From: Candidatus Omnitrophota bacterium
GTDB taxonomy: Bacteria > Omnitrophota > Gorgyraeia > Zapsychrales > JANLHA01
Assembly (NCBI GenBank): GCA_963662715.1
Contig: OY759724.1
Location: forward strand, 2,650,662-2,714,661
DNA length: 64,000 bases
Direction of reading: 5' to 3'
Shown here piece by piece: positions 20,304-28,459 of this stretch. Each line of letters starts with the position of its first letter. Position 1 is the stretch's first letter. A program made the position numbers and the translations under genes. The notes beneath the pieces are model-generated. The model had not been told where the DNA came from and did not search any database. It saw nothing but the letters and a program-made list of their open reading frames with translations.

Positions 20304-21011
20304 ATGCTTTCAGACAAGATTCTGGTTATTGACGACGATCCCAAAATTATCCAGACGATTGATTTGATTTTCCGAGAATACGACATCATTGGTTTTCAGG
20401 ACGGGAAAAGGGCCATAGAATATCTAAAAAAACCTAATAATGTCCTGATCGTTCTGCTTGATGTCTGCATGAAGACGATCAACGGACTGGACGTTCTGCA
20501 GGAGATTAAAAGGATCGACAAAAATATTGCCGTTATTATGATGACGGCTTTCGGAACCAAGGAAGTCGTGCTTGAAGCCTTGCGGGGGCATGCAGATGAC
20601 TTCTTGGACAAGCCTTTCCATGTTGATGATTTAAGATACAAAGTGAAGATTCATCTTAAAGACCGGATGTTGAAATGTCATGTCGGAGAGAACAGCCGGG
20701 TTGAACGGATCAAACGTTATATTGAAAGAAATTCTGACGTTGTCTCTCTTGAGCATGTCGCGGAAGAGTTGAATTTAAGCCCCCAGTATGTCAGCCGGTT
20801 TTTTAGAGAGCACAATATTAAGGGATTCAGGGATTATAAAATTGAAATTAAGCTCACCCGGGCAAAACATTTGCTTAAAAATACAACTTTCTCCGTAAGC
20901 CAGATTGGAGAACAGCTGGGGTATCAGAACCCCGAATCATTTATGAGAATTTTTAAGAAGAACACCCAGGTCACCCCTTCGCAATTCAGAGAACGGGCCC
21001 TGGATTCTTAG
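20304..21011 (+). CDS. Response regulator with REC domain and AraC-type HTH output
   Basis: REC motifs are present ('ILVIDDDP', 'LLDVCMK', 'KPF'). A C-terminal AraC HTH is 'SQIGEQLGYQNPESFMRIFKKNTQVTPSQFR'. Confidence 0.85.
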   Translation: MLSDKILVIDDDPKIIQTIDLIFREYDIIGFQDGKRAIEYLKKPNNVLIVLLDVCMKTINGLDVLQEIKRIDKNIAVIMMTAFGTKEVVLEALRGHADDFLDKPFHVDDLRYKVKIHLKDRMLKCHVGENSRVERIKRYIERNSDVVSLEHVAEELNLSPQYVSRFFREHNIKGFRDYKIEIKLTRAKHLLKNTTFSVSQIGEQLGYQNPESFMRIFKKNTQVTPSQFRERALDS

Positions 21012-21274
21012 GCCGTCAGGATTTCCTCCCGGTCCCGAATCAGTTTTTCCTCAGGTCATTTGAGGGCAATAACGGATTTTTTGCATTTATTCCCCTGCTG
21101 TGAGCATGAATTTTTAGGGGAGTTTAAGAAAAGTCAGTTTAAAGCCTTCTTGTCCTATTTACATATTTTAAAAACGTATTATAACTATTTTATGAACGCA
21201 GCCGTAGGCCGCGGATTAACTTTGTCCTATGAAGGTGAGAATGATCTATCGTTCCCATATCAAGGAGATGAGAC

Positions 21275-22753
21275 ATGTTGAAACCTATTAAAACGCTTTT
21301 AATTGAAGATGACCAGAGCAGTGCGGATCTTATTTCGGAATTCCTGCGACAAAATCATTGCCGGGCCTCAGTTTGTCACGTCGGTTCAATCAAGGAGTCG
21401 GTCGATTGCCTTAAAAATGAGACGTTTGATGTGATACTGCTGGATTTGACCCTCCCGGACAGCGAGGGCATGAATACCCTTGATAGCATTACTCGGGTCA
21501 ACACGGTTCTGCCTATCGTTATTTTAACCGGCCTTAATGACGAAAGCCTTGCTGTAGAAATGATCAAAAAGGGAGCCCAGGATTATTTGGTGAAAGGGCA
21601 GTTCAACAGTTCATTGCTGATGAGGGTGATTCAATATGCTATTGAGCGAAAAATTATCGAACAGGCGCTTCGTATTTCCGAGCAGGAATGGAGAAAAACG
21701 TTTAATGCCATTTCTGACAGGATCTTTATTCAGGATGAGGATTTTCGAATAGTAAAAATGAACAAAGCCTTTGCCCAGACCATGAAATTGAACCCGGAAG
21801 ATATTTTCGGAAAAAAATGCCATGAAGTCCTGCACGGGAGTGATCAGCCGATACCGCAATGTCCCTGCGTTAAGACCCGCTGCGATGGAATCTCTCACTG
21901 TGAAGAAATCCTGGATACGGAAACCGGGCAGTCTTTCCAGGTCACAACGTCACCGATTATCGAAAATAGTCTTTATAAAGGCGCTGTTCACATCGCCCGG
22001 GATATCACATCTCAAAAAAAGACGGACGAAGAATTGAAGGATATTCAGGCCCAGCTGCTGCAATTGGAGAAGATGGCTGTCCTTGGTCAGATGTCCGCGG
22101 GCATAACTCATGAGATTAAGAACCCTTTGTCGACGATTTTATTAAGTATAGACTGCATCAAAACAAAAATGGGAGGGAAGGACCCTATCCAGATAAAAGA
22201 GCTGCTCAATCTTCTGGAAGAGTCGGCTCAGCGTATTAATAAAGTCATCAACGAATTATTAAGCTTTGTGCGAACTCCGAATATCAAGGTCCAGAGGGTT
22301 AATTTGCACAGGGCGATAGACACGGCTATTTCCCTGCTGGACAATAAGGCCAGGCACAAGAACGTGATTTGTGAAAAATATTATTCGAAGGAAGATATTG
22401 AAATTAATGCCGATAAACTGCTGATAGAACAGGTGTTTTATAATCTGCTTTCCAACGCCGTTGATGCCATGGAACCCGGGGGACGCATCAAATTGAGAAC
22501 AGAATGCCCGGGGATGTCCGGGGGAGAAATGGTTGATGTCGAAATCTCCGATACCGGATGCGGCATGACAGACGAGGAAATCGTTAAAATTTTTGAACCT
22601 TTCTTTACCACCAAGGATTATGGCAAAGGGACGGGGCTTGGATTAAGTATCGTCAAAATGGTCGTGGAAAAACATAAAGGTTCTATTAACGTGGTCAGTC
22701 AAAAAGGTTCCGGCACATCCTTTACTGTCAGCCTTCCGGTCAGTGCCGGTTAA
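21275..22753 (+). CDS. Hybrid sensor: REC - PAS - HisKA - HATPase_c histidine kinase
   Basis: An N-terminal receiver ('LLIEDDQ', 'LLDLTLPD') is followed by a PAS-like region. The H-box 'ITHEIKNPLSTI' and ATPase boxes ('LLSNAVDA', 'DTGCGM', 'GTGLGLSIVK') are present. Confidence 0.85.
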   Translation: MLKPIKTLLIEDDQSSADLISEFLRQNHCRASVCHVGSIKESVDCLKNETFDVILLDLTLPDSEGMNTLDSITRVNTVLPIVILTGLNDESLAVEMIKKGAQDYLVKGQFNSSLLMRVIQYAIERKIIEQALRISEQEWRKTFNAISDRIFIQDEDFRIVKMNKAFAQTMKLNPEDIFGKKCHEVLHGSDQPIPQCPCVKTRCDGISHCEEILDTETGQSFQVTTSPIIENSLYKGAVHIARDITSQKKTDEELKDIQAQLLQLEKMAVLGQMSAGITHEIKNPLSTILLSIDCIKTKMGGKDPIQIKELLNLLEESAQRINKVINELLSFVRTPNIKVQRVNLHRAIDTAISLLDNKARHKNVICEKYYSKEDIEINADKLLIEQVFYNLLSNAVDAMEPGGRIKLRTECPGMSGGEMVDVEISDTGCGMTDEEIVKIFEPFFTTKDYGKGTGLGLSIVKMVVEKHKGSINVVSQKGSGTSFTVSLPVSAG

Positions 22754-23240
22754 AAAAGGGGAATATATGCCGTTCAGGAAAATTGTTGTTATTGATGATG
22801 AAAAAGATATCTGTCGTCTCATGAGAAGCATTTTAACCGAACTGGGCGATTATGAAGTCTTTGTCGCTTACAACGGGTCGATGGGGATGGCCCGATGCCT
22901 GACAGAGAAACCCGATATCATTTTTCTCGATTATGTTATGCCCCAGGAGAAAGGCAGCACGATGATTAAGCTTTTTAAGAGAAATAGGATCACCCAAAAT
23001 ACGCCTATTATTGTCATGAGCGGGTTAGGGGAAGCCATCACATTCGAAGAAAAGGAGTCATGGAGTTGGCTGACGGATTATTTGGATAATTTGGACCCCG
23101 ACCAGGAATTGGATGCGGTTAAAATTCCCGAAGAGATCGCCCGGTCCCTGGGCATTCGAGTCTACCTGCCTAAGCCGTTTAACAAAGAAGCTATTGCCCT
23201 GGCCCTTTCCTATATCCTGACGAAAGATGCCTCCGTATAG
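22743..23240 (+). CDS. Stand-alone receiver (REC) domain protein
   Basis: The sequence 'KIVVIDDEKDICRL', 'IIFLDYVMP', 'LPKPF' fits the REC fold. It overlaps the upstream kinase stop, suggesting translational coupling. Confidence 0.7.
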   Translation: MPVKKGEYMPFRKIVVIDDEKDICRLMRSILTELGDYEVFVAYNGSMGMARCLTEKPDIIFLDYVMPQEKGSTMIKLFKRNRITQNTPIIVMSGLGEAITFEEKESWSWLTDYLDNLDPDQELDAVKIPEEIARSLGIRVYLPKPFNKEAIALALSYILTKDASV

Positions 23241-23510
23241 ATGAATGAGCAAGAAACTGCTTTCCTGCCTCATACATCCTCATAAAAAGTTCCCGTATAA
23301 ATATTACAGATGTTGACGTTCTTCTTTTAAACTCCCAAGGTGCTGAAAGTTTTCATTTCCTGGTGATTACCTGCTCGAAAGGTCTTTGTTTTTGATAATC
23401 AATCCTAAGAGGCGGAGGCGGCGCTTTTGAATAAAATACTTCCTAATTTCTTTGTTATGGTTTAAACTACAATGGGCTTTTGATAACTTAAATTTTTATT
23501 AATATTAATA

Positions 23511-24311
23511 ATGAAATATTTCATTTTAATACTATTTAATGCATTTTTGCTTTTTATCTTTATATCACAAGGGACTTTTGTCCAGGCGTCCATTCTTTAT
23601 CAGGATTTTGAGCCTAACAACGGCACGCCGGCGAAACCGGCCTCTGATTCTCAAGATCCAGAATATGGCTGGGCTTTTAACGAGGCTGATGCGAGATTAT
23701 CCCTGGATGGAGAACCTGTTCAGGCCGGGCTGTATTCCTGGCGGGTCGGGATCCCCTTTGCTGAAAAACTTGACTCGGGCAGTGGAATCGCCTCCCAAAC
23801 CCAGACCTATAATATGAATTTTATCCCGGAATGCTTTGATCGTTTAACATTCTGGATCTATTCCGAACCCCTGCATCCCGGGGCGCATACCGTCATGGTT
23901 AAATTTTTTGACCACGGAAAATATCATGATGAAGGTGTCGGGGTCTGGACCGCGGGGAAGGCTGCGCCGAATCAATGGGTTCGGCTGGAAATATTATTTG
24001 ATCAACTGCCCGCGGACTTTGACCTGGCCCATGTTGACAAAATTGAGTTTTTTAATTATTGGGACGGCATTTACTATTATGACGACATTCTCATTGCTTC
24101 CGCGCAGGGAGAGGGGGAAGATGCGGCTTGCCTGGAGACCGAAGGGTATGTCGTTTGTCATGAAGACCCTTTGAGGTCAGACAAGACGAAGAGTCTTTGT
24201 GTTTCTGTTTACAGCGGTCATGGCGAACAGTTGACGGATTATTCATATATCAAAAGCAAGAAACGGTTAAGGATTTTTGACCGGTTGCAGTCTTCGAAAG
24301 AGAAGAATTGA
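23511..24311 (+). CDS. Secreted single-module protein carrying the same CBM4/9-like domain found duplicated at the N-terminus of the GH5 enzyme
   Basis: A signal peptide is followed by the motifs 'YQDFEPNNG', 'GWAFN', 'SWRVG', 'GSGIASQTQT', 'DRLTFWIYS', 'VKFFDHG' and 'YYYDDILI'. These are colinear with the repeats at 9060-10200. Confidence 0.6.
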   Translation: MKYFILILFNAFLLFIFISQGTFVQASILYQDFEPNNGTPAKPASDSQDPEYGWAFNEADARLSLDGEPVQAGLYSWRVGIPFAEKLDSGSGIASQTQTYNMNFIPECFDRLTFWIYSEPLHPGAHTVMVKFFDHGKYHDEGVGVWTAGKAAPNQWVRLEILFDQLPADFDLAHVDKIEFFNYWDGIYYYDDILIASAQGEGEDAACLETEGYVVCHEDPLRSDKTKSLCVSVYSGHGEQLTDYSYIKSKKRLRIFDRLQSSKEKN

Positions 24312-24329
24312 AAAGGGGACGAGTGGCCC

Positions 24330-24935
24330 ATGGATGAACAGGTCCTGTTGGAAAATTGCCTGGAGGGGAATAAAGCAGGGTGGGATGAATTCATGGAGAA
24401 ATATTCCCCGCTCATTTACGACTCCATCTTAAGAACGTTCCGCCGCTTTAATTACCAGGCTACACACGAGATGCTGGCTGACGTTCATCATGATTTCATC
24501 GTTTATCTGCTGGAGAATGATCATAAGATTTTAGGAGGTTTTGAAGGCCGCAATGGATGCCGATTTAAGCATTATCTGAGAACGGTTGTGATCCGTAAAA
24601 CCATTGATTTCTTGAGAAAGTCCAAGCAGGGCGGGCGTCCCCAGCGGGTGATGAGCATCAATTCGCAGAATGAGGCGGCCGTGCATCAGGCCCTCCCGAT
24701 CACGTCTTTTGAGCAGGATATTGATACCCGGTTAATTCTGCAGGCCGCGAATGAGATTTTTGATGAATTAAACAGCAACGAAAAAGATTTATGGCGGATG
24801 TTCTTTTCAGAAGAAATGAATCCTAAGGATATTGCTTTTCATCTGGGGATATCGGTTGACTGCTTCTATGTCCGAAAACAAAGATTATTAAGGAAACTCA
24901 AGACTTTAGCCGCGCGTAAGAATTTAACCTTTTAA
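24330..24935 (+). CDS. ECF-type sigma-70 family RNA polymerase sigma factor
   Basis: A region-2-like N-terminus and a region-4 HTH ('NSNEKDLWRMFFSEEMNPKDIAFHLGISVDCFYVRKQRLLRKLK') are present. The size is ~200 aa. Confidence 0.65.
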   Translation: MDEQVLLENCLEGNKAGWDEFMEKYSPLIYDSILRTFRRFNYQATHEMLADVHHDFIVYLLENDHKILGGFEGRNGCRFKHYLRTVVIRKTIDFLRKSKQGGRPQRVMSINSQNEAAVHQALPITSFEQDIDTRLILQAANEIFDELNSNEKDLWRMFFSEEMNPKDIAFHLGISVDCFYVRKQRLLRKLKTLAARKNLTF

Positions 24936-24951
24936 TGTTGCGCATTGCCGG

Positions 24952-25635
24952 GTGACAACGCATATGATCAATAATAATGAGCCTCAAAACGGAGCAGAGC
25001 TCACGGATGAGATGCTGACGAGTTACGTTGAAGGCCTTCTGCCTGATGCCGACCGACAGCGGGTCGAACGTTTTATCTCTCAAAATGTCTTCCTGCATGA
25101 GGAGGTGGAGGCTTTAAAGTCCGTTTATCAGGCCCAGCAGGCCGAGGGACTTAATGTGGTCCCTGATGACATAACGGAAAGGACACAGAAGATACTCGGG
25201 GAATATTTTCAGACGGATGTCCTGAAAATTGTCGTATCATGGGCGGACAATATATTCAGAGTTATCAAGAGCACCGGAGTCCTTCTCGTGGACCCTCAGG
25301 CTGCGGTTAAGCATGCTTTGCGGGACTCCGTGGCCAAGAGGAATGCCGCCGCTGTTCTGCAGAAGGATTTTCATAGGGCCCGGCTGATTGTCGAACTGTT
25401 CCCCCAGGGGGATGCCGCCATGACAGCGACAGTTATCCTTAAGAATTTTCAGGGACAGCTTGTCCAGACAATTCTGCGGATCACTTTGAAAGATCCTCAG
25501 GGAGAGCTGGAATCCCAGGATGTCAGTTCGGGGTACGCTGAGTTTGCGAATATCAAACCAGGAGAGTATCAGATCGATATCGCAGATTCCGGTCGTCGCA
25601 TTGGAATGATATCGCTACAAATAAACCATTTATGA
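24952..25635 (+). CDS. Putative soluble anti-sigma factor
   Basis: An N-terminal anti-sigma-like motif 'EMLTSYVEGLLPDADRQRVERFISQ' (cf. LSAYLDGEL...) is present. The gene immediately follows the sigma gene. No TM helix was recognised. Confidence 0.5.
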   Translation: MTTHMINNNEPQNGAELTDEMLTSYVEGLLPDADRQRVERFISQNVFLHEEVEALKSVYQAQQAEGLNVVPDDITERTQKILGEYFQTDVLKIVVSWADNIFRVIKSTGVLLVDPQAAVKHALRDSVAKRNAAAVLQKDFHRARLIVELFPQGDAAMTATVILKNFQGQLVQTILRITLKDPQGELESQDVSSGYAEFANIKPGEYQIDIADSGRRIGMISLQINHL

Positions 25636-27737
25636 TGGCAAGTTCTACTTTTATATTGGAAGTTATTATTGCTCGGAAGGCTCTGGCCATGAGTCTTTAT
25701 GAACGCGATTCCACCATGCGTCATTTTGATGAGGTCCTTCCCAATCAGCTGGTTATTGAACATTTATGTGCGGAAGCGATCCGTCTTATGAACAAGACGA
25801 ATGTCTTAGGTCCGGCATCCGTAGGGTTATCATTCGAGTTGAAGAAAATAGGGCGTGCTCTTTTTGACCAATTGTTGAGTGAAACAGTCAAGGTCAAGTT
25901 GATCGACTCTCCGGTAGAGAACCTGATCTTTCTTATGGATGAGGCTTTAATCCCCATCCCTTGGGAATTGTTGCATAACGGTCAGCAGTTCCTCTGTCTG
26001 CAATACAATGTGGGCCGCTCGGTCCGTACAAAGCGCCCTTCCTCGAAAACCGCCGAAAGAACCAGCTCATCGCCGATAAAAATGCTTGTCATGGCCGATC
26101 CCATCGGGGATCTGGATGAGGCCCGGGCGGAGGCGTTTAATATCCGTCAGGAGACAGACCAGAAAAAACATTTTTTTTCTGTGACGACGAAGTTAAAGAA
26201 AATAACAGTTGATTATGTCATCAAAAATTTGCAGGACTACGATATTGTTCATTTTGCCGGTCATAATGAATTTGACTACCAGAATCCCCTGAACAGCGGG
26301 TGGAAATTTTCCGACGGTCTATTCCGGGTTGAGGACGTTATTAAAATGAAGGGCGGGGCTGCTATGCCGCTGCTGATATTCTCCAACGCCTGTCAATCGG
26401 CGGTTTTATTGCGTGGGCAAAAAGTCATCGGAGAAACAGGCCGGATATTTTATGGCATTGCGAATGCCTTTTTGCTGGCCGGAGTGAAGCATTTTCTGGG
26501 AACGTTATGGGAAATCCCGGATCAGGTTGCGGCTGTTTTTTCCCGCGAGTTTTATGCGCAGATCTGTGAGGGCATGCCGATCGGGACGGCGATAAGAGAA
26601 GCGCGTTTAAAGATTATCCGGGTCTTTGGAGAAGATACGGTCATCTGGTCCTCCTATGTTTTATATGGGGACCCTTCGGCCCCGGTTGTTTCTCCGGAAA
26701 TGCTGGCAGCGCCGTCAGGGGAATCGGCTCCGGTTTTTACTCCGGTCTCGAAACAGATAGCCATATATGTCGGGATAGGATTGTTCACGCTTTTGGCGTT
26801 GGCCGTCTTGGAGAATGTCTCGCGACAAAGATCCCGGCAGTCTCTTATCCCGGACGTGAATGCCGTATCAGCACAAAAAAAGGTCGAGAAAAAACAGCCC
26901 AAAACATCTCCCCAAAAGAAAGACGTCACGCAGGAGGATATTCATGCTGTTTTCTGGCCCCCGGCGGAAAAAATTAATCAGATAATTCATGATCTTAATC
27001 TTGACCTCGGCAAGGTTGAGGATCCCAAGGTCCTTTACGAGTATTATCGTCTTTTGATAGATTCCTATGCCATGGTGAATCAATATCGTCTGGCAACGCT
27101 TTATACGGAAGCTGTCATAGAATTGGCTAAGGCTCAGGACGATAAAGATGTTTTGGTCGAGGCGTATCTGGAGTGCGCCGATGTCCTGCTGGAAGAATTT
27201 GTGTATTTCCGGCTTCCTATCGAATCAGTTGAGGAAAGAGGCAAGTTCGGGGATGCCGTCAGTAAACAGATTTTAACGAGGATAACAGGCTATTATCAGG
27301 AGGGCATGTCCCTGACGGTCGGGAAAGAAAATGTCCGGCAGCTTCTCCGGGCTTATCAGGGATTAGGAAGAGTCTATAAATATCACGACGACAACAAATC
27401 GGCGATTGCTTTTTACGAGAAAGCCGTAGAGATACTTGAACAAAGTCCCCAGCTGCCCCGCAGCGAAGTGTATCAGCTGGCCTATGATTATGTGGAGTTA
27501 GCCACTCTTTATCTGGAGGAACATAAGGCTTTTGACAGGGCCCTTGTATATTTAAGCCGTATGGTCAGGCAAATGAATGGCATCTCTCCCACGTCTTTGG
27601 AGGACCATGTCATTTTAAAACCCGTTATCCGGAAATTTGATCTGCTGCTCCGCGATCTTCATCAAAAAGGCTTGTCATCCACGCAGTTTTATCCTAAGGC
27701 TATGCAGTTATACCGGAATCTGAACACAAAACGGTAA
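25632..27737 (+). CDS. CHAT-domain (caspase-like) protease fused to a single TM helix and a C-terminal helical/TPR-like domain
   Basis: The CHAT catalytic dyad context is present: 'IVHFAGHNEF' (His), 'LLIFSNACQSA' (Cys) and 'ANAFLLAGVKHFLGTLWEIPD'. A TM helix 'IAIYVGIGLFTLLALAVL' and a Lys-rich linker follow. The start codon overlaps the anti-sigma stop (ATGA). Confidence 0.75.
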   Translation: MMASSTFILEVIIARKALAMSLYERDSTMRHFDEVLPNQLVIEHLCAEAIRLMNKTNVLGPASVGLSFELKKIGRALFDQLLSETVKVKLIDSPVENLIFLMDEALIPIPWELLHNGQQFLCLQYNVGRSVRTKRPSSKTAERTSSSPIKMLVMADPIGDLDEARAEAFNIRQETDQKKHFFSVTTKLKKITVDYVIKNLQDYDIVHFAGHNEFDYQNPLNSGWKFSDGLFRVEDVIKMKGGAAMPLLIFSNACQSAVLLRGQKVIGETGRIFYGIANAFLLAGVKHFLGTLWEIPDQVAAVFSREFYAQICEGMPIGTAIREARLKIIRVFGEDTVIWSSYVLYGDPSAPVVSPEMLAAPSGESAPVFTPVSKQIAIYVGIGLFTLLALAVLENVSRQRSRQSLIPDVNAVSAQKKVEKKQPKTSPQKKDVTQEDIHAVFWPPAEKINQIIHDLNLDLGKVEDPKVLYEYYRLLIDSYAMVNQYRLATLYTEAVIELAKAQDDKDVLVEAYLECADVLLEEFVYFRLPIESVEERGKFGDAVSKQILTRITGYYQEGMSLTVGKENVRQLLRAYQGLGRVYKYHDDNKSAIAFYEKAVEILEQSPQLPRSEVYQLAYDYVELATLYLEEHKAFDRALVYLSRMVRQMNGISPTSLEDHVILKPVIRKFDLLLRDLHQKGLSSTQFYPKAMQLYRNLNTKR

Positions 27738-27828
27738 TATTTGTTGTGCAGCATTAAAACAGGAAGATCCAGCGTGGGGGGCAGAAGAATTTTTCCCGGG
27801 ACCAACAGATGCAGAAATGATTTAATGT

Positions 27829-28428
27829 GTGAATTCTATGACGGAAGCGATCAGCAGCCTACAAACACTGCAAAATTCCATTGTTTATGACTTTTATACT
27901 TCCTGCTGGTTTCATAATCTGTTATCCCAGCCGGCCGTGAAGGAATGCTTTGCCCGGCGTGCCCCGGAAACAACGGAAGCATATCAGAGGTACCGGAAAA
28001 TATCTCAAGTGACCCAGCTTCCGCTTCTTGGTGTCTGTCTGTCCCTGATACTGGTTTTTATAAGTCGTCATTATGCTTTTTTGGTCATAAGCTGCGGGTT
28101 TTTGCTGCTTTATTTCAGGTTTGTGAGAAATCAACGGCAGATTCTGGCCCGTTTGTCATCTGTTTTGCTCCGGCAGGAATTTGCAGTAGCTGATTTTTCC
28201 GGGAGAACCCTGTACGAAATTACCGAACACCTGGGCCGTCAATATGGCATCCCGTCGATGGTGGACACTATATACAGATCGGACAATATCTTAAGAAGAT
28301 TATTTTTGCTGGGGTTTTTTCTGCCTTGGCCGGATTTTGGCAGGAGCGTTCTGATTTTTTTTGTTGTTTATTTTTCCTGCAAATATTTGCTGAATTCGCG
28401 GATCGGCTATCGCATCTTGGCCGGATAG
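27829..28428 (+). CDS. Hypothetical integral membrane protein
   Basis: Several hydrophobic helices are present; no recognisable family. Confidence 0.4.
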   Translation: MNSMTEAISSLQTLQNSIVYDFYTSCWFHNLLSQPAVKECFARRAPETTEAYQRYRKISQVTQLPLLGVCLSLILVFISRHYAFLVISCGFLLLYFRFVRNQRQILARLSSVLLRQEFAVADFSGRTLYEITEHLGRQYGIPSMVDTIYRSDNILRRLFLLGFFLPWPDFGRSVLIFFVVYFSCKYLLNSRIGYRILAG

Positions 28429-28459
28429 AAAGATTTTTATTCAGCGCAGCCGGGGTATG

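Noticed and set aside
21060-21281. 73-aa ORF in the gap between the AraC-type regulator and the hybrid kinase
   Set aside because: It has no RBS and a low-complexity aromatic-rich sequence, and it overlaps the start of the downstream kinase gene. It is more likely promoter or leader DNA.
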